A DNA stretch of 64,000 bases from Myxococcota bacterium (GCA_036229005.1 JAZAMN010000002.1:1-64000), one strand, 5' to 3'; positions 40,421 to 50,277 are shown, counted from the stretch's first letter. Numbers and translations: made by a program. Notes: generated by a model not told the origin, from the letters alone.

Positions 40421-41857
40421 ATGATCCTGCTCACCCTGACCTGGCTTGCCTGCTCCCCCTCCCCCTCGGACACCCAGGCGGCCGACACCGCCCCGGAGAC
40501 CGACGCGGACACGGACGCCGACTCCGACAGCGACACCGACTCCGACGCGGACAGCGACCCCGTCACCTCCTGGGACCCCGCGGACTTCAGCACCGTCTGG
40601 ACCGTCGGTCCCGAGCACACCTACGCCGAGCTGGACGAGGTCCCCTGGGAGGCACTCACCGCTGACACCCTGGTCCAGATCCACTGGCGCGAGGCCCCCT
40701 ACCTGGGCAAGTTCGTGGTCACCGCCGCCGGCAGCCCCGACGCGCCCATCGTCATCACCGGCGTCCCCCAGGACGGCCAGCTCCCCGTCATCAGCGGGCA
40801 GGACGCCGTCACCCGCCAGGCCCTGGACTACTGGAACGAGGGCCGCTCGGTCATCAAGATCGGCGGCGCCTCCACCCCCTCGGGGACCCCCGCCTACGTC
40901 ACCATCGCCCACCTGGACATCCGCAGCGCCCGCCCCGGCTACAGCTTCACTGACGACCGCGGGGAGCGCGCCGAGTACAGCAGCAACGGCGCCAGCGTCC
41001 ACGTCGAGGCAGGCGACCACATCACCGTGCTGGGCTGCACCCTCCACGACTCCGGCAACGGCCTGTTCGTGGGCAACGACGCCAGCGAGGTGCTGGTCTA
41101 CGGCAACCACCTCCACGGCAACGGCATCGAGGGCTCGGTCTACGAGCACAACAGCTACACCGAGGCCCTGGGCATCACCTTCGAGGCCAACCACTACGAG
41201 CCCCTGCGCGCCGAGTGTCTCGGCAACAACCTCAAGGACCGCTCCGCCGGGACGGTCATCCGCTACAACCACATCGTGGGCGGCAACCGCGCCCTGGATC
41301 TGGTGGAGAGCGACCGCGATCTGCTCACCGAGGACCCCCGCTACCACGAGACCTTCGTCTACGGGAACGTGTTCATCGAGCTCGACGACGGCGGCAACAG
41401 CCAGGTCCTGCACTACGGCGGCGACGGCAGCGGCGTGTACCGCGGCGGGACCCTGCACCTCTACAACAACACCATCGTCTCCGAGCGCCCCGGAAACACC
41501 ACCCTGCTGCGCCTGTCCAGCGAGAGCGAGCACGCGGACCTCCGCAACAACGTGGTGGTCGCCCCCAAGCTCGCCATCCTCAACGGCAGCGGCTCCGCGG
41601 AGCTCCAGGACAACTGGCTCAGCGAGGGCTGGAGCGACGCCTTCTCCGGCGACGGCACGGTGCAGGACAGCGGCAACCTGAGCGGCACGGATCCGGCGCT
41701 CGACGCCGACTACCGCCCCAGCGCGGGGAGCCCTCTCTTGGGAGGAGCCGGATCCCCCCACCCGGACACCTCGGCCCACCCCGTCGACCGCGAGTACAGC
41801 GACCAGTCCACGACGCCCCGTCCCACCAGCGAGGACATCGGGGCCTTCGAAGGCTGA
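40421..41857 (+). CDS. Lipoprotein with parallel beta-helix (pectin-lyase-like) domain
   Basis: Leader ending WLAC, DSD repeat (40502-40558), HNSYTE, NLKDRSAG, beta-helix periodicity, terminal DIGAFE. Confidence 0.82.
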   Translation: MILLTLTWLACSPSPSDTQAADTAPETDADTDADSDSDTDSDADSDPVTSWDPADFSTVWTVGPEHTYAELDEVPWEALTADTLVQIHWREAPYLGKFVVTAAGSPDAPIVITGVPQDGQLPVISGQDAVTRQALDYWNEGRSVIKIGGASTPSGTPAYVTIAHLDIRSARPGYSFTDDRGERAEYSSNGASVHVEAGDHITVLGCTLHDSGNGLFVGNDASEVLVYGNHLHGNGIEGSVYEHNSYTEALGITFEANHYEPLRAECLGNNLKDRSAGTVIRYNHIVGGNRALDLVESDRDLLTEDPRYHETFVYGNVFIELDDGGNSQVLHYGGDGSGVYRGGTLHLYNNTIVSERPGNTTLLRLSSESEHADLRNNVVVAPKLAILNGSGSAELQDNWLSEGWSDAFSGDGTVQDSGNLSGTDPALDADYRPSAGSPLLGGAGSPHPDTSAHPVDREYSDQSTTPRPTSEDIGAFEG

Positions 41858-41868
41858 GCCCCCCCGGC

Positions 41869-43161
41869 TCAGTCCCGCTTGAGCAGGCCCTTCACCTTCG
41901 CGCTCACCCGCCAGGTGGGGCTGCCGTGGATCCGGGCGAGCTCCGAGCGCAGTCGGTTCACCTCGCTGGCGAGCTGGGTGTTGGGGTCGGTGAAGGCCGG
42001 GGTGCGCGTCGGTGAGGACACCCAGTCCGCGACGGCCCCCAGAGCCTCTTCTCCCCGATAGCGGCGGTGCAGGAAGGCCTGGGCGCGGCGGATGCGCTCG
42101 GGGTCGATGCCCTGGCGGGTCAGGCGCTGCAAGAGCTCGGCGATGGCGCCGGGGCTGCCCATCTCCAGCGGGTACAGGTGGCCCATGGCGGCCAGCTCCT
42201 GGGCGAGTTCGGTGCGCACGCTGCTGGCGATCGCCAGGCCCTGGTGGGTGGCAAAGAGCAGGCGGGTGCGGCTGCCCAAGAGGGGCTCGACGCCGGGGCG
42301 GTCCAGGCTGAGCAGCAGGTGGCAGCCCTGGACCACGGCGGGCAGCGCGGCGTTGGGGACCCAGCCATGGAACACAAAGCGGTGGGGGTGCGGGCCCGAC
42401 ATCGCGCCCTGGTGGAAGTCGGCGAACGCGCCCTCATGGTGTCCGACGACCCCGCCGCCGGTGACGTGGACCTCCAGCCCCGGGAGGCTGTCCATGGCCT
42501 GATGCAGGCCCTCCAGCAGGGTGGGCGCGTCCAGCCAGGTGTTGAAGCCGCCCGCCAGCAGCACGCGCAGGGGCTCTCCGGGCTCCAGGCCGCGGGGCTC
42601 GGCCCCTGGGAGCATGCCGAAGTCGTGGGCGACCGGCGCCAGGTGGGCCCAGGGGTAGGCCGCGGGCATCGTGGGCAGGCGCCCCATGTACCCGAGCTGC
42701 CCCAGGATCGCGGCGACCTGGGCCTTGGAGACACCCAGGAAGGCATCGCCGCGGGCCAGCACGGGCCACCACAGCGCCTGGGTCTCCAGGGTCGCCCTCC
42801 CCCCAAGCTCCGGATTCAAGCTGTCTTTTACCTGCGCCTCCGCGAAGGGGTCACCGGGCACGTCCACGAGCAGGGGCAGCGCCTCTCCTGCGCACACCGT
42901 CGCCACGGCAGCCGGCCAGTACGGCCCCGCCGAGACCACGCAGTCCGGGGACACTTCGCCTGTCCTCGCCTGGGCCAGGGGTTCCCAGTCGCTGTGGGGA
43001 TCCAGCAGGCCAGGCGTTGAGCCCACCAGCAGCGTGTCCACCGCATGCCCCCTCCCCTCCAGCACCCGCCGGATGCCGTCCACCCGGAGCTGGGGGAAGC
43101 CGGTCTGCGGCGTATCGGCGGCAGGGAGTGGCCCCTGACCGACCAGCAGGACGCGCGCCAC
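41869..43161 (-). CDS. Glycosyltransferase (GT-B, family 4-like)
   Basis: VLLAGGFNTWLD, FVFHGWVP, GSRTRLL; abuts wzt; C-terminal coiled coil plus GSPTWR. Confidence 0.75.
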   Translation of the reverse strand: MARVLLVGQGPLPAADTPQTGFPQLRVDGIRRVLEGRGHAVDTLLVGSTPGLLDPHSDWEPLAQARTGEVSPDCVVSAGPYWPAAVATVCAGEALPLLVDVPGDPFAEAQVKDSLNPELGGRATLETQALWWPVLARGDAFLGVSKAQVAAILGQLGYMGRLPTMPAAYPWAHLAPVAHDFGMLPGAEPRGLEPGEPLRVLLAGGFNTWLDAPTLLEGLHQAMDSLPGLEVHVTGGGVVGHHEGAFADFHQGAMSGPHPHRFVFHGWVPNAALPAVVQGCHLLLSLDRPGVEPLLGSRTRLLFATHQGLAIASSVRTELAQELAAMGHLYPLEMGSPGAIAELLQRLTRQGIDPERIRRAQAFLHRRYRGEEALGAVADWVSSPTRTPAFTDPNTQLASEVNRLRSELARIHGSPTWRVSAKVKGLLKRD

Positions 43162-44670
43162 TCAGCCCTCCTGCACGTCGGCGGCCGGGCCCTCGGCGTG
43201 GGTGATCAGGCCCCAGGAGTGCGGGATCTGCACCATGCCGTGATCTTCGACCTGCTGGGCGACCTCGAACTCGTAGAGCTGGTTGTGCCAGACGTGCGGC
43301 TTGAGGTGCCCCTTGTCGAAGATCGCGACGCTCACCCGGTAGCGCCCGGCCAGCAGCGGCAGCTCCGGGTAGTGCAGGAAGAAGGTGTAGATGCCCTCGT
43401 AGGTCCCATCCAGCACCTGGTCGAAGCGCGTGTTCGGCCCGTAGACGTAGACCCCGTCGTTGCGGTGGATGGCCACGCCCAGGATGGGCCGCTCGATGGG
43501 CTCGGTGGTCTGGAAGGTCACCGCGACGGCCAGGGGCTCTCCGCTGCGGAAGCGCTCCCGCACGTGGCCCTTGGCGTCCAGGATGCGCACCTGGAGGATG
43601 CGGGCCTCGCCGCTGCCGATCAGCACCGCCCGCTCGCCGTCGTAGTTCTCGTAGGGGGCCGTCTGCAGTGGCTGCGCCCAGCGCTGGGCCGCGTCGGGGA
43701 GCGCGCAGGCCTCCACCAGGGCCTTCCTCAGCCGCGGATCCGGGTCGTGGGCTGTGTAGCGCACCACACCCTGGCCCCCACCGCCCGGCATCGACACCGC
43801 GCTCCCCTGCTCTGCACTCCCCCCCATCGGCGAGGTCACCCTCTCGCCGACCTCCTCGTCCTGGCTGGCCGCAGGCTCGGGATCGGGGACGGCCACCGGG
43901 CGGGGTCGGCGCTGCATACCCACCAGCTCGCGGTCGACGTCCATGTACTGCTCGATCACCTCGCGGGCGGGGCCCAGGGCGCGCACCTCGCCGGAGTCCA
44001 GCCAGAGCACCGTGTCGCAGAGGGAGCGGATGGCGTGCAGGTCGTGGCTGACGAGCACGATGGTGCGGCCCTCGTGGACAAAGTCCTGGATCTTCCGCAC
44101 GCACTTGCGCTGGAAGTACTGGTCTCCGACCGCAAGCACCTCGTCCACCAGGAAGACCTCGGAGTCCATGTGCGCCGCGATCGCGAACCCCAGGCGCAAG
44201 GACATCCCGGAAGAGTAGGTTCGCACCGGGTAGTCGATGAACTCGCCCAGCTCCGCGAAGGCCACGATGTCGGCCAACCGCGCCTCGATCTGATCCCGGG
44301 ACATGCCCAGGAGCTGGCAGTTCAGGAAGACGTTCTCCCGCCCGGTGAAGTTCTGGTGGAAGCCCAGCCCCAGGTCCAGCAGCGTGGAGATGGGGGCGTT
44401 GACCTGCAGGCGACCCCGGGTGGGCTCGGAGATGCCCGCGATCAGCTTGAGCAGGGTGGACTTGCCGGCGCCGTTGGAGCCGATGACCCCGAAGCTCTGC
44501 CCCCGGGGGACGGAGAAGCTGACGTCCCGCAGGGCCCAGTGCTCCTGGTGGTGTCGCCGCCGCCCCAGGAACTCCGAGAGGCGGCTGCGGTCGTTCAGGT
44601 AGATGTCGAAGCGCTTTCCGACGCCGTGGGCCTCGATGACCGGGCGGGGGGTCGCGTCTGGCTGGGTCAT
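43162..44670 (-). CDS. wzt: Polysaccharide ABC exporter ATP-binding protein with Wzt C-terminal domain
   Basis: WALRDVSF, GSNGAGKSTLLK, TGRENV, YSSGM, DEVLAVGD.YFQ.KC, VSHD; C-terminal GSGEARI..LLAGRY. Confidence 0.93.
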   Translation of the reverse strand: MTQPDATPRPVIEAHGVGKRFDIYLNDRSRLSEFLGRRRHHQEHWALRDVSFSVPRGQSFGVIGSNGAGKSTLLKLIAGISEPTRGRLQVNAPISTLLDLGLGFHQNFTGRENVFLNCQLLGMSRDQIEARLADIVAFAELGEFIDYPVRTYSSGMSLRLGFAIAAHMDSEVFLVDEVLAVGDQYFQRKCVRKIQDFVHEGRTIVLVSHDLHAIRSLCDTVLWLDSGEVRALGPAREVIEQYMDVDRELVGMQRRPRPVAVPDPEPAASQDEEVGERVTSPMGGSAEQGSAVSMPGGGGQGVVRYTAHDPDPRLRKALVEACALPDAAQRWAQPLQTAPYENYDGERAVLIGSGEARILQVRILDAKGHVRERFRSGEPLAVAVTFQTTEPIERPILGVAIHRNDGVYVYGPNTRFDQVLDGTYEGIYTFFLHYPELPLLAGRYRVSVAIFDKGHLKPHVWHNQLYEFEVAQQVEDHGMVQIPHSWGLITHAEGPAADVQEG

Positions 44671-44727
44671 GGGGGCCTCGCCCCGCACTCTATCGCGGTA
44701 CACTGAATGCCTGGAAGGCGACACACC

Positions 44728-45300
44728 ATGTGGCTGATGCTCCTGGCCTGCTCCTCGCGCGACAAGGTCCCCATCTTCACGGAGGGGGGCTGTGATGGCT
44801 GCGCGGCGAGCCGCTACACGACGGTCGAGTCCGTGATCGACGGCGACACCGTGCAGTTCTCCGGCGACGAGGAGACCACCCGCCTGCTCGGCGTCGACAC
44901 CCCCGAGGTGTACACCGACGGCGCCCCCGCCGACTGCTACGGCCTGGACGCCAGCGATTTCACCAAGCGCCGCCTCCCCGCCGGGCTGGTCGTCGAGCTG
45001 CAGTACGACGTGGACACCACCGACGTGGTGGGCCGGAACCTGGCCTACGTGGTCTATTGGCCCGACATGGAGGACGAGGACCTGGACGACATCGAGGACA
45101 TGGACGCCGGAGAGCTGGAGGACGCCTTCGGCGACCCGGTGATGCTCAACATCGAGCTGCTGGAGCGCGGCTACGCGCGCATCCCCGACGACGACGACTA
45201 CATCAGCGGGCTGCGCTACGAAGAGAGCCTGCGAGCCGCGGAGCAGCGCGCCATCGAGAGCGGCGCCGGCCTCTGGGGCGAATGCGAGGAGCAAGGATGA
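44728..45300 (+). CDS. Thermonuclease (SNase-like) lipoprotein
   Basis: Leader LLAC; VIDGDT, RLLGVDTPE, D..GR.LAYV, LN.ELL..GYA, GLWG.C. Confidence 0.9.
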   Translation: MWLMLLACSSRDKVPIFTEGGCDGCAASRYTTVESVIDGDTVQFSGDEETTRLLGVDTPEVYTDGAPADCYGLDASDFTKRRLPAGLVVELQYDVDTTDVVGRNLAYVVYWPDMEDEDLDDIEDMDAGELEDAFGDPVMLNIELLERGYARIPDDDDYISGLRYEESLRAAEQRAIESGAGLWGECEEQG

Positions 45301-46355
45301 AGAGACCGAGCGAGCCGGGCACCCCCGGCCTCCTGAGCGCCCTGGAGGCGGTCTCCGCCTGGCGTGAGGCCCAGGAGGAGGAAGCCGCCACCCAACTCGC
45401 CGAGGTCGACGCCGAGGAGGCGCGCCTGCGCGAGGCCATCGCCGAGCTCCAGAGCCAGATCGCCGGCCTCGAGCCCCTGCGCGAGAACGTCCGCAAGCGC
45501 AGCGCGAACCTGGACCTCAAGGAGCTCCACCGCTCCCACCAGGCCCTGCTGGACAGCATGACCGCCGACCGGGACCTGCTCGCGGACCGCAGCGCGCGCC
45601 TGCAGGAGAGCACCCAGGCCGACCGGGAGCGCGCCAAGGCGATGCTGAGCGACGCCGAGCTGGCCGAGGTGGTCAAGGAGTACGAGGGCTTCGCCGAGGT
45701 CCAGAAGGGCCTGGCCGCCCTACCCCCCAGCTACCGCAAGGCGATCGAGGACCACCACAACGCGGTCAAGCGCCGCCTGCAGCCCATCCTGGAGCTGCTG
45801 GATGGGAGCGCGCGCCCCCTGGATGAGCGGACGGAGGCGATCTCCCTGGTGGCTTCGGTGGATCCCGTAGAGGGACCTCCCCAGGCCCTGGCGCTCGTGC
45901 TCCCCGTCGACGCGGAGCTCTACTACGAGTGGTCGGCGGAGTCCGACGATCTCTGCGCCCACCTGGCCTACCGGGTGGTGGCGGCCGTCAACTCCCTGGC
46001 CGCCCGCATCGGCGCGCCCGACGCCCCCATCGCCTTCACGAGCCTCAACGGCCTGCTGACCATCCAGCTCTGGCTGGGGGACCACGACATCCAGGCCGAC
46101 CTGCGCGAGGTCGCCACGGGCGTGCTCGACGTGACCAGCGGCGCCCCGGAGCTGGAGGCCGCCAAGCTGGAGGTCTACGCCCTCTGGCTCCCCCCCGAGG
46201 TGCTCTCGCCGCCCGAAGCCGAGGACACCGACCTGGAGCAGGAGCTGTCTCTGGGTGTGGAGAGCGCCCTGCCCGAAGACAGCGTGGACGAGGTCCTGCT
46301 CTCGGACGACCGCGTCCCCGGCGATGACGACCCCGTTCCCGGCGCGGAGGACTGA
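45297..46355 (+). CDS. Hypothetical coiled-coil protein with acidic tail
   Basis: ATGA overlap with the nuclease stop; heptad-like N-terminal half; alpha/beta C-terminal half. Confidence 0.78.
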   Translation: MKRPSEPGTPGLLSALEAVSAWREAQEEEAATQLAEVDAEEARLREAIAELQSQIAGLEPLRENVRKRSANLDLKELHRSHQALLDSMTADRDLLADRSARLQESTQADRERAKAMLSDAELAEVVKEYEGFAEVQKGLAALPPSYRKAIEDHHNAVKRRLQPILELLDGSARPLDERTEAISLVASVDPVEGPPQALALVLPVDAELYYEWSAESDDLCAHLAYRVVAAVNSLAARIGAPDAPIAFTSLNGLLTIQLWLGDHDIQADLREVATGVLDVTSGAPELEAAKLEVYALWLPPEVLSPPEAEDTDLEQELSLGVESALPEDSVDEVLLSDDRVPGDDDPVPGAED

Positions 46356-46852
46356 TGAGCACCCTGGACAACCTCACCCGCCTGTCCCTCGCGGAGACCG
46401 CGACCCAGCTCGCGCTCCACCCCTTCGATCTTGTGCGCGCGCTGGTGCACCTGAACGCCCTGCCCGATGACCTCCGCTTCGACCGCGATGCCGTCGACGG
46501 CCTGCGCCAGCGGATCGGCCTGCAGACCTGGTTCCCCGAGGGCCGTCAGAGCCCGGCGACCCCCAAGGGCCTGCTCCAGGATCTGTCCCACCAGCTCGTC
46601 ACGCGGGGCGTCGTCGGCGAAACCGGGACCCGCCTGGACAACCTCAGCCGCGGCCTGGACGAGGCCGAGAAGGAGCAGGCCATGGCGCTCGTTCGCGGCC
46701 TGCACGCCGCGGGGGTTGTGCAGACCTGGACCGAGCCCAGCGGCCTGATGATCTCCGTGGTCGAAGGCAAGGAATATGTCGTCGCCGACCTGGCCGAGGG
46801 CGGCGATGCGCCCGACGGGGTGTTGGAGAGCCTCTCGCCGGTGCTAGACTGA
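46355..46852 (+). CDS. Hypothetical protein (possible HTH plus winged helix)
   Basis: TGATG coupling to the upstream gene; LSLAETATQLALHP..LRFDRDAV pattern. Confidence 0.72.
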   Translation: MSTLDNLTRLSLAETATQLALHPFDLVRALVHLNALPDDLRFDRDAVDGLRQRIGLQTWFPEGRQSPATPKGLLQDLSHQLVTRGVVGETGTRLDNLSRGLDEAEKEQAMALVRGLHAAGVVQTWTEPSGLMISVVEGKEYVVADLAEGGDAPDGVLESLSPVLD

Positions 46853-46858
46853 CCGCAG

Positions 46859-48562
46859 ATGGCGGAAGACAAGAACAAGATCAAGCGCTCCTCCGGCGGC
46901 GGGCTCTTCTCCGGCCCCGCCGACCCCTTCGGCGCTGGGCTGGGGCGGGGCAAGCGCCCGGGTCGCCCCAAGAAGGCGTCCAAGCCGCCCAGCCGCACCT
47001 CGTCGATGCCACCTGCTGCAAAGAAGGCCGAGCCCCCCAAGCCGGCCCCGGCGGTGGATCCAGTCGTGGAGTCCGCTCCACAAGCCCCCTCGGTCCCCGA
47101 GCCTGAGCAGGCCACCGCCCCCGCGCCCCCCAAGCCGACCGCCCCGCGCCCCGGCGGCATCCCCCTGGGTGGACAGAGCGCGCCCGCAAAGCCTGAGCTC
47201 TCTCAGCTCCCCGCCAGCATGCGCCTGCGCATCGCCAAGGCCGAGCACGAGAAGGAGATGGTGCGCCGCACGCAGGAGCAGGAGCCCAAGCCGGCGGTGG
47301 AGCTCGCGCCCGCGGACACGGATGAGACGCCGCTGCCCTCTGACGGGAGGCGGATCACGCTCCCGCCCGTCTCCGAGCGGGGGGCTGCACCCTCTGGAGA
47401 CACTGGGCAGAGCGAGAGCTTCGATCTCCTGGGTGACGACGAGGACTTCGGTGCGCCGGGTGGCTTGATGGACCTGGTCCAGGACGAGCCCTCCGAGCAC
47501 ATGGCCCCCGAAGAGCCGGAGTTCCCGGAGTCTCCGGGCCGCGTGGTCGCCTCCCTGGAGATCCACGACGCGCTGCGCGCCCACTCCCACTCCGACCGCT
47601 CCAGCCTGGAGGAGGTCGACGCGAGCGCCTGGGCCGACCCCCAGACGGACCACGACGCGCTGTTCGACATCAGCGCCCGCGCCCGCAACGAAGAGGACGT
47701 GCTGGACCCGCCCTCGGACGTGATGACCGACCTGGGCGACCTGCCTCGCGGCGGCCCCGTGGTGGTGCGCAAGGGCAAGGGCGCCGACTTCAAGCGGGTC
47801 TCTCCCCGCCCCATGGTCGAAGACTCGGGGGTCTGGAAGCCGGAGCCGATCACGCCCGCGGCCCCGGAGCCCTCAAGCCCCAGGCAGAGCGCAGCGTGGT
47901 GGGAGAAGAAGGAGCCTGCCGCCCCCGCCAGCGAGCCCCTGAGCCAGCGCATCGCCCCTCTGCCCGAGCCCGCTCCGGCCGCGCCCAAGCGCCCCGCGCC
48001 CCCCAGCTTTGTGGGCAAGACCCGCCAGGAGCGGGAGGCCACCCAGCGCCGCAAGGTCGCCATGTTCGGCGGCATCGGCGCCCTGCTCGTGCTCGCCCTG
48101 GTCGGCGTGATCGTGTGGATGAGCCAGACCCCCGGCTCCGAGACCCCGGTCCACACCCCGGCCAAGGTCGCCCCCAGCGCCGGCGACCTGCCGCCCCCCA
48201 CGACGGCGCCCTTGAGCACCACGCCGCCGCCCATCGAGCCGCTGCCCGACCCCATCCCCGAGCCGGACCCGCTCCCCGAGGCCCTGCCGGAGCCTCCCCT
48301 GCCCGAGCCCGTGGAGCCCACCCAGCCCGTGGTCGAGCAGCCCAGCCTGAACGCCGCCGAGCCCGGCTTCCTGAACATCCGGGCCGAGCCGCGCGCGGTG
48401 ATCTTCCTGGGCCGCAAGAACCTTGGGGAGACCCCCATCGAGCGCCTGGAGCTCGAGCCGGGCAGTTACACCCTCAAGGCGGTGGCTCCGGGCAAGCGCG
48501 CCAAGACCCGGACCGTCCGGGTGGACTCCGGGCGCGCCCAGCAGATCGTCTTCCGCTGGTAG
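46859..48562 (+). CDS. Pro-rich single-TM protein with C-terminal PEGA domain
   Basis: Long disordered region, TM (GGIGALLVLALVGVIVW), terminal GFLNIRAEP.A.I..LGETP...LEPGSYTL. Confidence 0.82.
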   Translation: MAEDKNKIKRSSGGGLFSGPADPFGAGLGRGKRPGRPKKASKPPSRTSSMPPAAKKAEPPKPAPAVDPVVESAPQAPSVPEPEQATAPAPPKPTAPRPGGIPLGGQSAPAKPELSQLPASMRLRIAKAEHEKEMVRRTQEQEPKPAVELAPADTDETPLPSDGRRITLPPVSERGAAPSGDTGQSESFDLLGDDEDFGAPGGLMDLVQDEPSEHMAPEEPEFPESPGRVVASLEIHDALRAHSHSDRSSLEEVDASAWADPQTDHDALFDISARARNEEDVLDPPSDVMTDLGDLPRGGPVVVRKGKGADFKRVSPRPMVEDSGVWKPEPITPAAPEPSSPRQSAAWWEKKEPAAPASEPLSQRIAPLPEPAPAAPKRPAPPSFVGKTRQEREATQRRKVAMFGGIGALLVLALVGVIVWMSQTPGSETPVHTPAKVAPSAGDLPPPTTAPLSTTPPPIEPLPDPIPEPDPLPEALPEPPLPEPVEPTQPVVEQPSLNAAEPGFLNIRAEPRAVIFLGRKNLGETPIERLELEPGSYTLKAVAPGKRAKTRTVRVDSGRAQQIVFRW

Positions 48563-48578
48563 CCCGGCCGCTCCCCGC

Positions 48579-49235
48579 TCAGCCGCGGCTGCCGAAGATG
48601 GCGCTGCCCACCCGCACGTAGGTCGCGCCGTGGGCGATGGCCTCGCGGTAGTCGGCGCTCATGCCCATGGAGAGCTCGGTCAACGGGAGCCCCTGGGCCC
48701 TTCCCGCGGCGGCCAGCTCAGCGAGCTGCTGGAACCACTGGCCCTGCCCCGGAGGCGGGATGCACATCAGCCCGCGCAGCTCGACGCCGGGCAGCTCCAT
48801 GAGCTGGGTGCACAGCGCCAGCGCCTCGGAGGCGGGGACGCCAGACTTGGACTGCTCGTCGCCCAGGTTCACGGAGACCAGGATGGGCTGCCGGCCCGAG
48901 GCCCGCTTGGAGATCTCCTGGCCCAGGCGCAGCGAGTCCACCGCGTGGATCAGCGCGGCCTTGTTGACCACGTACTTGACCTTGTTCCGCTGCAGGCCGC
49001 CGATGAAGTGCCACTCCACCGGCTCCCCCGCCATCTGCTCGGCCTTGTCGCGCAGCTCCTGGGCGTAGTTCTCGCCCAGCTCCCGCTGCCCGGCGGCCAG
49101 GGCCTCCCGCAGGTCCGACACGGGCTTGGTCTTGCTCACGGCGATCAGCCGCACGCTCTCCGGGTCCCGCCCGGCGGCCAGGGCGGCCTCCCGGATCTGC
49201 TGCTTCACCTGCGCCAGGTTCTCGGCGATGCTCAC
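48579..49235 (-). CDS. yggS: PLP homeostasis protein YggS
   Basis: LIAVSKTKP, GENYAQE, WHFIGGLQRNK, LSMGMSAD, VRVGSAIFG. Confidence 0.97.
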   Translation of the reverse strand: MSIAENLAQVKQQIREAALAAGRDPESVRLIAVSKTKPVSDLREALAAGQRELGENYAQELRDKAEQMAGEPVEWHFIGGLQRNKVKYVVNKAALIHAVDSLRLGQEISKRASGRQPILVSVNLGDEQSKSGVPASEALALCTQLMELPGVELRGLMCIPPPGQGQWFQQLAELAAAGRAQGLPLTELSMGMSADYREAIAHGATYVRVGSAIFGSRG

Positions 49236-49801
49236 TTGGAAAGCTCCGGGGAGAAAGGGGCTGGGGCCCCCAGAGACGCCAGGTCGCTCAACACCTCCGC
49301 CAGCGGGAGGCCGACCACGTTGGAATAGCTGCCCTCGATCGAGGACACCAGGAAGCCGCCGATGCCCTGGATCCCGTAGGCGCCGGCCTTGTCCATGGGC
49401 TCACCGGTGGCCACGTAGCCGCGCACCTCCTGCTCGGTCAGAGAGCGGAAGCGCACGCGCGTGGTGGTGACCCGGAGCCGCTGCTGATCCCCCCACCGCA
49501 CGCAGCTCCCGGTGCTGACCTGGTGGACCCCGCCGGAGAGCCCCAGCAGGATCTGGACGGCGTCCTCGACGCCCTCGGGCTTGTGGAAGATGGCGCCGTC
49601 GCGGTGGACCACAGTGTCTGCAGCGACCACCAGGCCGTCCGCGGTGAGCGCCTTCTCGTGGGCCATGCGCTCGGCGTAGGCCAGCGGGTCCTCGCCGGCA
49701 CGCGGGGTCTCGTCGATGTCGGCCGGCAGGATGCGCAGGCGGTATCCCAACTGCTCCAGGAGCAGACGGCGGCGGGGGCTGCCGGATGCGAGGGTCAACA
49801 T
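49232..49801 (-). CDS. maf: Maf family nucleoside triphosphate pyrophosphatase
   Basis: LASGSPRR, ADTVV, KP, DKAGAYGIQG, NVVGLP. Confidence 0.96.
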   Translation of the reverse strand: MLTLASGSPRRRLLLEQLGYRLRILPADIDETPRAGEDPLAYAERMAHEKALTADGLVVAADTVVHRDGAIFHKPEGVEDAVQILLGLSGGVHQVSTGSCVRWGDQQRLRVTTTRVRFRSLTEQEVRGYVATGEPMDKAGAYGIQGIGGFLVSSIEGSYSNVVGLPLAEVLSDLASLGAPAPFSPELSK

Positions 49802-50277
49802 CACCGCTCCTTCCTCCGCTGCTCCCGGACCTTCAGGCGGTGGTCCCGCCGGGCCTGGGCCTCCTGCGCGCGGCGCTCCCACTGGGGGTCCCCGCTGGTC
49901 TCCAGGGTGGGCACGCGGTTGGGGTGGCCCTCGGCGTCCAGGCTCACGAAGGTCAGGTACGCGCTGCAGCAGTGCTGACGGCGGCCGGTGATCGGGTGCT
50001 CGGCCTCGATGCGCACGCCGACCTCCATCGACGAGCCCCAGGCGCGGTTGACCATGGAGTTCAGCTCCAGGACCATGCCCTGCTTGACCGGCTTGAGGAA
50101 GTGCAGCTCGTCGATGGACACGGTCACGACGCCGCTGCGGGCGAAGCGCTGGGCCGAGATGGCCGCGCAGATGTCGGCCCAGGCGGCGATCTGTCCGCCG
50201 AACACGGTCCCGTGGTTGTTGGTGAACTGCGGCAGCACCATCTGGGTCATGGTGGTGGTGGTCTCTTCGGGCGTCAC
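49801..50277 (-). CDS. Acyl-CoA thioesterase (hotdog fold, YciA-like)
   Basis: VLPQFTNNHGTVFGG, VTVSIDELHFLKPV, SMEVGV, AYLTFV. Confidence 0.93.
   Translation of the reverse strand: MTPEETTTTMTQMVLPQFTNNHGTVFGGQIAAWADICAAISAQRFARSGVVTVSIDELHFLKPVKQGMVLELNSMVNRAWGSSMEVGVRIEAEHPITGRRQHCCSAYLTFVSLDAEGHPNRVPTLETSGDPQWERRAQEAQARRDHRLKVREQRRKER

Noticed and set aside
43162..45294. 710 aa Wzt
   Set aside because: The extension is antisense to the nuclease gene; start placed at 44670.
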